From the NCBI GenBank assembly GCA_036012755.1, contig DASCPX010000171.1:1-31172 (forward strand): a DNA stretch of 31,172 nt. Reading direction: 5' to 3'. The notes beneath the pieces are model-generated. The model made no database searches, was not told where the DNA came from, and saw only the letters and a list, made by a program, of their open reading frames with translations. Positions 9,971 to 19,527 of the stretch are shown here, in pieces. How positions within the stretch are numbered: the first letter of the stretch is position 1; each line of letters begins with the position of its first letter. The translations under genes and the position numbers were made by a program. Origin of the DNA: Myxococcota bacterium. Its GTDB lineage: Bacteria > Myxococcota_A > UBA796 > CAJQPC01.

Positions 9971-10200
9971 TCGCGGGACTGCCGGTGGTGACGAACCGCT
10001 CCGAAAGCGAGGAGCAGCCCCCCGATGCCCAGCATCAGCTTCACCGTCGCGACGCCCATCGCGACCGGGTCGCCCGCGGTCGCCGGGAAGATGCTGGTGA
10101 TGAAGGGGAAGGCCAGGACCTGGCCGGTGTCCTGCCCGTTGTAGGCGTACACGCCGCCTGCGGCGATGACGAACAAGAGGCCCGAGAGGTAGTTCCGCAC
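9967..10200 (-). CDS. Small membrane protein with 2 hydrophobic segments (77 aa)
   Basis: MRNYLSGLLFVIAAGGVYAY...ATVKLMLGIGGLLLAFGAVRHHRQSRD with high GC3. The stop TAG lies within the repeat's right CTAG. Confidence 0.7.
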   Translation of the reverse strand: MRNYLSGLLFVIAAGGVYAYNGQDTGQVLAFPFITSIFPATAGDPVAMGVATVKLMLGIGGLLLAFGAVRHHRQSRD

Positions 10201-10242
10201 GCAGCCCCCCTATCCCGCTGGCCGAGGCTCACGAAGGCTGAG

Positions 10243-11319
10243 TCATCCCCTGACCGTCCGATGCTGGACCAGCTCCTCCCAGTAGCCTCGAAGCGTGCGG
10301 GAGAGGAGCTCTCCGTCGAAGACCTCTTCGACCCGCTTGCGGCCAGCCAGCCCCTGGGAGTCCCGGAGCGCCGTGTCGTTCAGCAGGCGAGCCAGGGCAC
10401 CCGCCGTGCCCTCCCTGTCCCCCGGCTCCAGCATGAACCCGGTCTCCCCTTCCACCACGGCGTCGGGGATGCCATCGACCGTGGTGCTCACCACCGCCAG
10501 CCCGGAGGCCATGGCCTCCAGCACGCTGATCGGGAGACCCTCGGCGTAGCTCGGCAGGCAGTAGACGTCCGCGTCGCCATATGCACGCAGGCGGTCCTCT
10601 CCGGCGATCCAGCCCAGCACCTCGACGCTGTCCTGGACGCCGAGCTCGACCAGGCGCTGGCGGAGGCGCTCGAGGTCTCCATCTCCGCCGACCCGCAGCC
10701 GAGCGGAGGGGGCCTCGTCGAGGACCGCGGGCCAGGCCTCGATGAGGTCGAAGATGCCCTTGCGCTCCCCCACCCGGCCCATGAACAGGACGACCGGGTT
10801 GGCCTTGGGTCCACGCGGGGCCGGAGAGGGGAACTCCGCCGCCGGCACCGGGTTGAAGAGCACCCGGACCGTGGCCTGGCCCTCGGTCCAGCGCGTGATG
10901 TCCCGCGCCATGTCGTTGCTCACGACGTGGACCTGGTCGGCCTCTGCGTAGCACCGGCGCACCAAGGACTCGTGCACCTGCGACCGGGCGACGAGCTCCT
11001 CGAGGTGGGCGAAGTTGTTGTGGAGCACCACGGGGATGCCCGCCGCCGCAGCCTCGCGGAAGTAGACCATCTTGCGGTAGAAGCTCGCGCCGTCGGCGAC
11101 GTGGATGTGCACGAGGTCCCAGCCCTCGCCCAGCGCCGCCAAGAAGCTCGCCTGTCCCCTGGCCATCTGGACGAGCTTGCGGGCCTTGGACCCCTCGCCC
11201 ACCGTCGGGAAGTAGCGCACGTCCAGCTCGGAGAGCGCCCTGGACTCCAGGAAGGTGCGAGCGAGCGTGGCGATGCCGCCTTGGGCCTCCAGAGAGGGGC
11301 CCACCATCGCGACCTTCAC
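10243..11319 (-). CDS. Glycosyltransferase family 4 (GT-B), 358 aa
   Basis: Starts VKVAMVGPSLEAQGGIAT. Motifs FMGRVGERKG and PSYAEGLPISVLEAMASG. The GTG overlaps the wecG stop (GTGA). Confidence 0.93.
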   Translation of the reverse strand: MKVAMVGPSLEAQGGIATLARTFLESRALSELDVRYFPTVGEGSKARKLVQMARGQASFLAALGEGWDLVHIHVADGASFYRKMVYFREAAAAGIPVVLHNNFAHLEELVARSQVHESLVRRCYAEADQVHVVSNDMARDITRWTEGQATVRVLFNPVPAAEFPSPAPRGPKANPVVLFMGRVGERKGIFDLIEAWPAVLDEAPSARLRVGGDGDLERLRQRLVELGVQDSVEVLGWIAGEDRLRAYGDADVYCLPSYAEGLPISVLEAMASGLAVVSTTVDGIPDAVVEGETGFMLEPGDREGTAGALARLLNDTALRDSQGLAGRKRVEEVFDGELLSRTLRGYWEELVQHRTVRG

Positions 11320-12110
11320 TCCGGGTAGTTCCCGGTGACTTCGTACCAGGCCTGCTTGGCGAGCATGCCGAGGAACTTGCTGTCCTCGACGATGTAGCGC
11401 CGGTACATGCGCCGGGGCTCCTGCCAGAGGCGGTAGGTCCACTCGATGCCGGCCCTGGCCATCCAGTCCGGGGCGCGCTTGTAGAGCCCCGCGTCGATGT
11501 CGAAGGTGCCGCCGACGCCGAGCACGAAGCCGACCTTGGCGAGCATCGCCCGGTTGCGGTCGACGAACTCCTCCTTCTTCGGAGAGGAGATGGCGATGAA
11601 CAGCAGCTGAGCACCCGAGTCGTGGATGTCCTTGGCGATCTCGGGTTCGTCCTCGACCGTGAAGTAGCCGTTGCGGGCCCCTACGATCTGCAGACCGGGA
11701 TGCCGGGCCTCGTAGATGGCGCGGGCTCCCTGGAGGCTCTCCTCCTTCGCCCCCAGCAGGTAGACCTTGTAGCCCCGCTGAGCCGAGACGGGCAGCAGCG
11801 CATAGAAGAGGTCGATTCCAGCGACCCGCTCAGGCAGGCGCTTGCCGAAGAGCCGGCTCGCCCAGACCACCGGCGTGCCGTCGGCGGTGACGAGATCGCA
11901 GCGCTCGACGATGTCCCGGAACAGGGGCTCGTCCTTCATCTTCACGAGCTGGTCGACGTTCACGCCACAGCCCTGGTGGGTCCGACCGGAGGCGAGGAAC
12001 TCCTCGACGCGGGCGACGGCCTGGGCCGTGTCGACGACGTCGAAGGGGCAGCCGAAGAGCTTCACGCGCCTCGGCGCGCTGCCAGTCCTGACGTCGGTGC
12101 CGGCCACCAC
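11316..12110 (-). CDS. WecG/TagA/CpsF family glycosyltransferase (GT26)
   Basis: Motifs ADGTPVVWAS, PERVAGIDL, LLGAK, NGYF, SPKKE, GVGGTFD, RAPDW...GIEWTYRLWQEPRRM. Confidence 0.93.
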   Translation of the reverse strand: MVAGTDVRTGSAPRRVKLFGCPFDVVDTAQAVARVEEFLASGRTHQGCGVNVDQLVKMKDEPLFRDIVERCDLVTADGTPVVWASRLFGKRLPERVAGIDLFYALLPVSAQRGYKVYLLGAKEESLQGARAIYEARHPGLQIVGARNGYFTVEDEPEIAKDIHDSGAQLLFIAISSPKKEEFVDRNRAMLAKVGFVLGVGGTFDIDAGLYKRAPDWMARAGIEWTYRLWQEPRRMYRRYIVEDSKFLGMLAKQAWYEVTGNYPE

Positions 12111-13178
12111 TCAGCTGACCTGCTTTTCGTTCGAGCTCTCGTCGTTGACGGTCATGTCTCGAACAGCCGAGGAGGCCCCGGGCCCGAAGCCGTTGTAGGC
12201 CTCGATCTCGTCCCAGTGCGCCTTCATCCACTCGATGGTCTGGTACATGCCCCACTTGAAGTCGGTGTCGGGGTCGTAGCCGACCCCGTCGCGTGCCTTG
12301 TCGACGCTGGCCCGCAGCCGCTTCTTCGTGTCCCACTTGCGGACCTCGGCCCACTTGATGCCCGCCGTGTTGCCGGTGGCCTCGTTGACCATGTCGGCGA
12401 GGTCCTTGATCGTGGTCTCGCGCCCGCTGGCCAGGTTGTACTCCTCGCCGATGGCGTTGTCGTTGGTGCCGAGGCGCAGCAGGCCATCGACGATGTCGTC
12501 GACGTAGGTGAAGTCCCGCGTCTCCTCTCCGGTGCCCGTGAGCGGCAGGGGCAGACCCTTCATCGCCCAGTAGATGAAGTTGGGGATGACGTTCCGGTAC
12601 TGGCCGGGGATCTCTCCGGGGCCATAGCTGTTGAAGAAGCGGGCCTTCACGACGGGGAGCCCGTAGTGGTGGTGGAAGAAGTTCCCGTAGAGCTCGCCGA
12701 GCATCTTCGTGATCTGGTACGGCGTCGTCAGGTGCATCGACATGAACTCCTCCTTCAGGGGAAGAGGAGCCGCGTGCCCGTAGATGCTGCAGCCGGAGCT
12801 CGCGTACACGAAGCGCTCGAGCCCCGTCATCACCGCGTACTCCATGAGCTTCAGGGTGCCCATGCCGTTGACCATGAGGTCGTTCTCGGGGTGGTCGACC
12901 GAGTTCTGGTTCGCGAAGAAGGCGGCGAGGTGGAAAACGATGTCGGGCTTCTCGAAGAAGATCCGCTTGAGCTTGACCTCGTCGAGGATGTCGCCCTCGA
13001 CGAACATCACGTTCGGCAGGCTCGGCACGTTCCAGCGCGCAGAGGCGCAGAGGTTGTCGAGCACGAACACGCGCTTGCAGATCGGCGACAGCGCCCGTGT
13101 CAGGTTGCTGCCGATGGCGCCGGCGCCGCCGGTGATGAAGACCGTCTTGCCCGCGTAGGCCTCGATGTGAGCGTCCAT
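12111..13178 (-). CDS. NAD-dependent nucleotide-sugar epimerase/dehydratase (extended SDR), 355 aa
   Basis: Motifs ITGGAGAIGS, FHLAA, YASSGCSIYG, catalytic YQITK, RFFNSYGPG, TRDFTYVDD. GGAG precedes the ATG at 13178. Confidence 0.92.
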   Translation of the reverse strand: MDAHIEAYAGKTVFITGGAGAIGSNLTRALSPICKRVFVLDNLCASARWNVPSLPNVMFVEGDILDEVKLKRIFFEKPDIVFHLAAFFANQNSVDHPENDLMVNGMGTLKLMEYAVMTGLERFVYASSGCSIYGHAAPLPLKEEFMSMHLTTPYQITKMLGELYGNFFHHHYGLPVVKARFFNSYGPGEIPGQYRNVIPNFIYWAMKGLPLPLTGTGEETRDFTYVDDIVDGLLRLGTNDNAIGEEYNLASGRETTIKDLADMVNEATGNTAGIKWAEVRKWDTKKRLRASVDKARDGVGYDPDTDFKWGMYQTIEWMKAHWDEIEAYNGFGPGASSAVRDMTVNDESSNEKQVS

Positions 13179-13284
13179 TTCGACTCCAGACAATGCGTAG
13201 TACGGCATCACATATCCAATCCCCCTGCCTCCTACCCTAGCCTTCGCTCCTTCCCACCCGGCATCACCCCGGTTTCAGACGACC

Positions 13285-14250
13285 TCACCCACCGGTGAGC
13301 AGGCGCTCGGCCAGGCGCCGGGTGTCGAGCTCGACGACCGCCCGCCTGGCCCCCGTCAAGTCGTCCATATCGTTGCCCTCACGGAAGGGGCGATCACCCC
13401 TGGCCTCGAGGACCGCGACGAGCGAGGCGGCCTCTGGGAAGTCCCGTCGACCCAGCCAGGTGATGGGGGTCCCGGCGGCCAGCGCCTCCGCGATGATGCC
13501 GTAGCCCGGCTTCGTGAGGACGAGGTCGGCTCCGGCGACCAGCGCCGGGTAGGGCACGCCCTCGACCCACAGGCAGTCCGGTCGATCGAGCCGCGGCATC
13601 GGGGGCGACAGCACCCAGGTGACGCCGGCCAGCTCCGGCAAGCGCGCGGACAGATCCTCGAGCCCAAAGCCACCGAAGCTCACGAGCACGCTGCCAGGGG
13701 GCAGCGAATGGGGGCTACGGGATCGTGCAATCACCCCATATCGTTCGATCTTGTCGAAGTCGTACAGACCAGGGCCAGGGGCGAGCTCGAGACCGACGTG
13801 GGCTCGCTGCCATGTGCGGAAGCGCTCCGCCCAGGTTCTCAGCTCCGGGTAGTGGCCGTAGAGCCAGGCCCACTCGAAGTTGCCCACAGCCAGGGCCTCG
13901 ACCCCCGCGCGCCGAGCGGCCTCCAGCCCAGCCGGTGCGATGTCCACGACGACGCGATCGAAGCCCGACAGCTGCCTCGCCAGCTCGTCGATCCGGTCCT
14001 CGCAGCAGACCTCGTCCAGCCGGCGGACGGTCTCGTCGAGGTCCACCGAGAGGCTGTCGCGCTGGGCGAGCCCGACATCGACAGTCCAGGGCACCAGCTG
14101 CGGCGACGGCAAGGTGGCCTCCGCGATCGAGCGAGGTGCCGCAGAGAAGATCGTGGGGTCGACTCCGTGCTCACGCATGACCTCCGCGAGGGCCAGCTGC
14201 CTCGTGAGGTGCCCGAAGCCATGGGCGGAACAGACGATGGCGAGCTTCAC
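13285..14250 (-). CDS. GT-B glycosyltransferase-like protein (GT28/L-arabinokinase N-terminal-domain-like), 321 aa
   Basis: Motifs SAHGFGHLTR, VDVGLAQ.DS, NFEW.WLY, LVSFGGFG, TKPGYGIIAE, RRDFPE. Strong SD GGAGGAGG before the GTG. Confidence 0.75.
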   Translation of the reverse strand: MKLAIVCSAHGFGHLTRQLALAEVMREHGVDPTIFSAAPRSIAEATLPSPQLVPWTVDVGLAQRDSLSVDLDETVRRLDEVCCEDRIDELARQLSGFDRVVVDIAPAGLEAARRAGVEALAVGNFEWAWLYGHYPELRTWAERFRTWQRAHVGLELAPGPGLYDFDKIERYGVIARSRSPHSLPPGSVLVSFGGFGLEDLSARLPELAGVTWVLSPPMPRLDRPDCLWVEGVPYPALVAGADLVLTKPGYGIIAEALAAGTPITWLGRRDFPEAASLVAVLEARGDRPFREGNDMDDLTGARRAVVELDTRRLAERLLTGG

Positions 14251-14266
14251 GGGCTACTCCTCCTCC

Positions 14267-15493
14267 GTGACCTACCGCAGGAGGCTGCTGCTGGCGACGG
14301 GCATGGCGATCCTCCTCGCCTGCCTCGCTGGCATGACCTGGCGCTCGGAGGGGGCGCGCCGTGCCCTGATCGAGAACATCCCCCTGGCCTACGAGGCCTT
14401 CGCCGGGCCCCTGGAGGGTACCTTCACGGGCCTCGACGCAGATCGGTCCCAGCTGCCGATCGATCTCGTCCCCGTCGCGACGGGCCTGCTCCAGCCGACG
14501 GACATCCAGTTCGAGCCCGGGACCGGAGTGATGCTGGTCCTCGAGAAGAAGGGCAAGCTCCGCTGGTTCCACGCTGGCGACGAGGGTACCGTCATCGAAC
14601 TGGAGGTCCGCTATGCCAGCGAGGAGGGACTGCTCGGGCTCGCCTTCCATCCCCGCTACGAGGACAACCACCTCCTCTACATGAACCTCGTCATCGAAGA
14701 GGACGGCAACGATCTCAGTGTCATAGAGGAGTTCGCCGCAGTAGATGGCGACATCAGGCTGGGCTTGCTGCCCACCCGTCGAATCCTCCAGCAGATCCAG
14801 CCCTACCAGAACCACGACGCCGGGCAGCTCCAGTTCGGCCCGGACGGAATGCTCTACATCGGCTGGGGAGATGGAGGATTCCGAGCGGATCCCCGTGAAA
14901 ACGCACAGGATCCATCTACCTGGCTGGGCTCGATGCTGCGGGTCGACGTCGATCGGCCGTCAGGGGAACGGGCCTACGGCATCCCCCCCGACAACCCCTT
15001 CGTCGACCACGCGAAGTGGAAGCCGGAGACCTGGGCTCATGGCCTCCGCAACCCCTGGCGCTTCAGCTTCACGCCGGACGGGCGCCTCGTGGCCGCTGAC
15101 GTCGGTCAGGACCTCTACGAGGAGATCACCTTCGTTCCACGCGGAGCCAACCTCGGCTGGGACGTCTGGGAGGGAGCCCACTGCTTCGAGCCACAAGATG
15201 ACTGCCCGAGCGAGGGCTTCACCGCACCCCTCTACGAGTACGGCCGAGATGACGGAAACAGCATCACGGGGGGCTACACACACAGGGGCGAGAGCTTCGT
15301 GGAGCTGAACGATCTCTGGATCTTCGGTGACTTCGTGCGAGGGAAACTGTGGGCCATCGACCTCGACACGGCAGAGGTCACGGCCCTTGGACGGTGGCCC
15401 ATCCTGCCCTCGACCTTCGGCCGGGACGCCGCGGGCGAGGTCTACGTGGCGGACTACGGCGGCGGCACGATCTACCGCATCGCTCGGCCCTGA
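14267..15493 (+). CDS. PQQ-dependent soluble glucose/sorbosone dehydrogenase family beta-propeller with an N-terminal anchor (~408 aa)
   Basis: Motifs EEGLLGLAFHP, NHDAGQLQFGPDGMLYIGWGDGG, GSMLRVDVD, IPPDNPF, GLRNPWRFSF, DVGQD, SITGG. The start (GTG 14267) is inferred from RRR plus a hydrophobic segment. Confidence 0.88.
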   Translation: MTYRRRLLLATGMAILLACLAGMTWRSEGARRALIENIPLAYEAFAGPLEGTFTGLDADRSQLPIDLVPVATGLLQPTDIQFEPGTGVMLVLEKKGKLRWFHAGDEGTVIELEVRYASEEGLLGLAFHPRYEDNHLLYMNLVIEEDGNDLSVIEEFAAVDGDIRLGLLPTRRILQQIQPYQNHDAGQLQFGPDGMLYIGWGDGGFRADPRENAQDPSTWLGSMLRVDVDRPSGERAYGIPPDNPFVDHAKWKPETWAHGLRNPWRFSFTPDGRLVAADVGQDLYEEITFVPRGANLGWDVWEGAHCFEPQDDCPSEGFTAPLYEYGRDDGNSITGGYTHRGESFVELNDLWIFGDFVRGKLWAIDLDTAEVTALGRWPILPSTFGRDAAGEVYVADYGGGTIYRIARP

Positions 15494-15528
15494 CCAAACC
15501 GCGCGGTCTCGTGAGCATCCCTTCGTCG

Positions 15529-16991
15529 ATGTTCCTGGTCCTCGCAACCGCCTGCGTCGAGCCCCTCTACATCGATCCGCCGGAGAGACGGCCCGAGTCC
15601 CCGCTTCCGGAGTCCACCCTCGACTCGGCCGGACCGGGAGAGTGGGCCGACCCCATCGAGGACATCGGGGAGATGGAGGTCGACACCGACGGCATGGAGC
15701 TCACCGACGCCGCGCTGGCCGGGGACCGCCTGCTGCTGAGCGGGCAACACCAGTTCGGCGATGGCCACCTCGCCTGGGCTGCGGGGGTGGAGGGTGCCCG
15801 CCTGGTCTCGAAGGATGGCGACGAGCTCGGGCCGGAGCTCGCGCTCACCGGAACCTGGCACGGGGTGCTCCTCACGGAGGACAGCATCTACACCGCCGGG
15901 GTCGACCAGATCGCTCGCTACGATCTGTCAGGCACCGGACTCGCGCAGGCGCAGGTCTCCGGATGGTGCCGGGACATGGCGCTGTCGGATGGCGTGCTGG
16001 CCGTGGCCTGCGGATCGGAGGGCGTGCTGCTGCTGGATGCCACCGATCTCGACACCTTGGGGGCCTGGAGCGGCCACGTCTCGGCCCGGACCGTGGCCGG
16101 GGACGAGGACCACCTGTGGCTGGCGGCCTGGTCGGAGCTCATCCTGCTCGACGCAGCTGACCTCGAAGACGTGCACCTCGTGGGCAGCGAGCCCGCTCGG
16201 TCCGCCGCGATGGGCGTGGTCTCAGCGGGGGACGGCCAGGCCCACGTGGCCGATTGGAATCGCCCCTTCACCGTCCGGCGCCAGGCCGTCACGGCTCCCG
16301 AGATTCGCGTCTCTCCGGCCAACGCGATCCCAGGTGACCGGGTGTCGGTCTTCAACGACGGCACAGAGGCCCTCTGGGTCGAGGCCGAAGCCGGGACCCT
16401 GTCGTCCCACGTCGTCCAGCCCAGAGAGAGCGCGACGCTGGACATCCCGGGGGACTACACGGCCGAGAGCCTGGTGCTCACGAGCGACGACCCGGACGAG
16501 GCCAGCTCGAGCATCGAGATCGGCTCCATGAACGGCATGGCGCTGGGCGAGGCAGCCCCGGACTTCGAGGAGTACGACCTCGACAGCCAGCTCTGGACGC
16601 TCGAGGCCTTGCGCGGAGAGGTCGTCTGGCTCGCGACCTTCGACGACGGCTGACCGGCTGCGCCGCCGAGGTCGGTGCCACCGAGACGCGAATGAAGGAG
16701 ACCTGGGGTGAGTCCGAGCTCATACGCCTGTGGGCCTATGGCGCGGGGAGCGACTCCTCGGGGGCTCGCTGGAGGGATGACCACGCCATCGAGGCACCCA
16801 TCCTGATCGACACCGACAGCTCGATACGTCAGGCCTACTTCATGGGCGACGGCATGGGCGACGCCTTCGCGATGAACCCGCGGCACTTCGTCATCGACAG
16901 GGACGGCCTCCTTCGCTACGCAGGCGCGAACCTCGACCCCGACGAGGAGGACGCCGTGATCGCCGCGGCCCTGGCGGCTGGATCGGAATAG
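15529..16991 (+). CDS. Modular lipoprotein: LVIVD-like beta-repeats + Ig-like domain + C-terminal TlpA/Prx-like redoxin with a probable Sec (U-P-G-C). Split into 15529-16653 and 16692-16991 by UGA and a 1-nt frameshift
   Basis: MFLVLATAC lipobox; VACGSEGVLLLDATD and HVADW repeats; VFNDGTEALWV and LTSDDPDE. GEAAPDF..YDLD....TLEALRGEVVWLATFDDG-TGA is followed by CC-GGC-TGC-GCC-GCC-GAG, which leads into the ORF containing PRHFVIDRDG. Confidence 0.75.
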
Positions 16992-17000
16992 ACCGGGGCC

Positions 17001-17294
17001 ATGGAGCTCACGACAAGGCAACGGCGACACCTGCGCGCCCTCGGGCACCACCTGGTCGCCACGGTACGGGTGGGTACGGCCGGTCCGAGCGAGGCGGTGG
17101 CGGAGAAGACCTCGACCGAGCTGCACGCCCACGAGCTCATCAAGATCAAGGTGGGTCAGGGCTGCGCGCAGTCTGCGAAGGAGGTCGCCGCTCTGCTCGC
17201 GGAGACGACCGACTCCCACCTCGTCCAGGTCCTCGGCCGCACGGTGCTGCTCTACCGCCAGCATCCCGAGGATCCCGAGATCGTCCTGCCTTGA
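17001..17294 (+). CDS. yhbY: YhbY/CRM-domain RNA-binding ribosome assembly protein (97 aa)
   Basis: LTTRQRRHLRALGHHL..VRVG..G, HELIKIK, VQVLGRTVLLYR. Confidence 0.93.
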   Translation: MELTTRQRRHLRALGHHLVATVRVGTAGPSEAVAEKTSTELHAHELIKIKVGQGCAQSAKEVAALLAETTDSHLVQVLGRTVLLYRQHPEDPEIVLP

Positions 17295-17986
17295 TCACCG
17301 CGCGGAAGCTCACTCGCACCTACGGCGAGGCGGGGATCCGCGGGGTCGATCTGAGCGTCTACGGGGGCGAGGTCCTGGGCATCGTCGGCCCCAACGGCGG
17401 TGGCAAGTCGCTGTTGTTGCTGCTGCTGGCTGGCCTCGTGGAGCCCGAGTCCGGGGAGGTGCTCCTGGAGGGCACGATGGTGCACCAGCTCGCCCAGGAC
17501 GCCGCGGGCGCCGTCGGACTCATCACGGCGAACCCCGGGCTCTACCCGCAGCTCAGTGGCTGGGAGAACCTGCTGTTCTTCGGCGGCTTGTACGGGCTCT
17601 CGGGCGACGAGGTCCGCATCCGCGCAGCACCGCTGGTCGCCGACCTTCGCCTGGCCGAGGTGCTCGATCGGCCCGTCGCGACCTACTCCAGCGGCATGCA
17701 GCAGAAGCTGTCGCTGTTGCGAGCGCTGTTGATGTCACCTCGGCTGCTCCTGCTCGACGAGCCGACGGCGAACCTGGACCCGCACTCGGCCCATACGATC
17801 TGGAAGAGCGTCCGTGACCACGCGGACACAGGTCTGGCGGTCGTGCTCGCCACCCACGATCTGTCGGCCGCCGAGTGCATCTGCGAGCGCGTCGCCTACA
17901 TCGACGGGGTCCTGGGCGATGTCGTGTCCTTCGACGGGCCGCGCGTGCCCCCCGAGCACCCAGAGCTGTTGGGGCTGTTCGAGTGA
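17291..17986 (+). CDS. ABC-2 type exporter ATP-binding subunit (231 aa)
   Basis: Walker A GPNGGGKS, signature YSSGMQQ, Walker B LLLLDEP, H-loop ATHD. TTGA overlap with yhbY. Confidence 0.92.
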   Translation: MITARKLTRTYGEAGIRGVDLSVYGGEVLGIVGPNGGGKSLLLLLLAGLVEPESGEVLLEGTMVHQLAQDAAGAVGLITANPGLYPQLSGWENLLFFGGLYGLSGDEVRIRAAPLVADLRLAEVLDRPVATYSSGMQQKLSLLRALLMSPRLLLLDEPTANLDPHSAHTIWKSVRDHADTGLAVVLATHDLSAAECICERVAYIDGVLGDVVSFDGPRVPPEHPELLGLFE

Positions 17987-18753
17987 GGCTCATCCTGCAC
18001 GTGGCCCGCCGCGAGGCCTTGGAGCAGCTCCGAATGGGCGGTCTCACCGGGGCGCTGCTCTTCGTCTACCTCTTCTACGTCGCCACCATCGGGCTGTGCT
18101 TCGGCATCTTGGAGATCCTGCGACCCTCTCAGGCCACGTTCCTGGATCAGCTCGCCGCAGCGGGCATCGTCCTGGGCACCTTCGACGACATCGTGCTGAG
18201 CGTCGTGCACGTGGCGAACCTCACGAACGCCACCCAGCTGATGATCTTCACCTCGATCCTCTGCGGGCACGCGGTGCTCCACGACCGCCAGTGCGGGACC
18301 CTGGCGTTCCTCCTCCTGGCGCCGCTGACCCGCGCCCAGCTCCTGGTGGCCAAGGTGATAGGCGCGATGGTGATCCCGACCGGGATCTACGCCACCGCAG
18401 GTCTGTTGATGGTGCTCGCGCCGAGGGCCCTGAAGGTCACCGAACCGGCCGCAGATCTCCTACCGTTTTCCGGTGGTTGGACGGTCGGATTCCTGCTGGC
18501 GACCCCGATCTGGTCCTTCGTCATCGGGGCGCTCTGCGCGATCGTCAGCAGCATCGCGCGAGACGTGCGGACCGCCCAGATGGTCACCTCGATCGTCGTC
18601 TACTTCACCTCCGTGGGGCTCGGCGCCGCCATCGTCGCCGCCATCCCGGAGGGCGCCGTGGCCCAGCTCGGACTCAGCATCGTCGGCGTCTTCGCCGCGG
18701 CGGCGACGGTGATGATCGGCAGCTCCGTGATCAGTCGCGACCTGTCCAGGTGA
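17983..18753 (+). CDS. ABC-2 type exporter permease (256 aa)
   Basis: GTGA overlap with the ATPase. Motifs VARRE, DRQCGTLAFLLLAPLTRAQLLVAK, SSIARDVRTAQ; about 6 TM segments. Confidence 0.88.
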   Translation: MRLILHVARREALEQLRMGGLTGALLFVYLFYVATIGLCFGILEILRPSQATFLDQLAAAGIVLGTFDDIVLSVVHVANLTNATQLMIFTSILCGHAVLHDRQCGTLAFLLLAPLTRAQLLVAKVIGAMVIPTGIYATAGLLMVLAPRALKVTEPAADLLPFSGGWTVGFLLATPIWSFVIGALCAIVSSIARDVRTAQMVTSIVVYFTSVGLGAAIVAAIPEGAVAQLGLSIVGVFAAAATVMIGSSVISRDLSR

Positions 18754-19123
18754 GCTGGCAAGCCGCCCTGGCCTGTCCCACCACGGTCACTCGCTCGATC
18801 GAGCCGCGCGCCCGGTCCTGGTGCTCCTCGCACCAGCTCTTGTCCTCGGCAATCAGCACGCAGGCGTGGGTGAACGCTCCCGCTGGCGGCGGGCAGAAGA
18901 CATCACCCACGGGGCAGCCGCGCACACGCTCCAGGCCCGCCTCGACGCACTCAGCCGCGGTGCTGCCGGCGCCGACGGCGGCCCCCTCCTCTGCGGCGAG
19001 CCCAACAGCGTCCCCCAGCTCGAGCGTGGCTGGGCGAACGACGAAGCTGATGCCCTGGATGCCCGCGCACGCCGCGATGCCAAAGGCCAGGAAGTACAGC
19101 ATCCGGCGGATGCGAGGTCTCAT
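18731..19123 (-). CDS. Small membrane-anchored Cys-rich hypothetical protein (130 aa)
   Basis: MRPRIRR, then a hydrophobic segment, then 6 further Cys. ATGA overlap with the thioredoxin stop. The 3' end overlaps the convergent permease by 23 bp. Confidence 0.6.
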   Translation of the reverse strand: MRPRIRRMLYFLAFGIAACAGIQGISFVVRPATLELGDAVGLAAEEGAAVGAGSTAAECVEAGLERVRGCPVGDVFCPPPAGAFTHACVLIAEDKSWCEEHQDRARGSIERVTVVGQARAACQLTWTGRD

Positions 19124-19527
19124 CGCTTGCGGTCGATCCTCTTGAGGGCCCGCTGCACGCGGTGCCCCCGGTACACGACCCTCCCGTCTGGTGCGTACAC
19201 GATGAGGTAGGGGATCATTTCACGCCCACCCAGGAGCTCCATCGCCGGAGCCACGCTGGCCTCGGAGGGCGTCTCCGGCAGATCTACGACCCGGACCGCG
19301 ACGTCATCGTGCTCGTAGAGGTAGTCCCGCAGCGTGCCCGCCGCGACATGGCAGGGGGCGCACCAGGCCGCGCCGATGTCGATCACCGTGAACTTGCCCT
19401 CGGCGAGGTGGTCCTCTGGATCCACCGCCTCTCCGCTGCTGATCACGGCGACGTCCAGGCCCTCCAGGGGCACGTCCCACGGACCGGGGAGACTGCCGGC
19501 GAGGGCCATCGACACCAACAGGATCAC
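19120..19527 (-). CDS. Exported thioredoxin-family protein with WCAPC motif (135 aa)
   Basis: GKFTVIDIGAAWCAPC and cis-Pro loop MIPYLIVYAPDG; short signal MILLVSMALA. Confidence 0.88.
   Translation of the reverse strand: MILLVSMALAGSLPGPWDVPLEGLDVAVISSGEAVDPEDHLAEGKFTVIDIGAAWCAPCHVAAGTLRDYLYEHDDVAVRVVDLPETPSEASVAPAMELLGGREMIPYLIVYAPDGRVVYRGHRVQRALKRIDRKR

Noticed and set aside
17291..18753. ccmAB heme exporter, suggested by the nearby redoxins
   Set aside because: There is no ccmC/E/F, and the permease has generic ABC-2 motifs.
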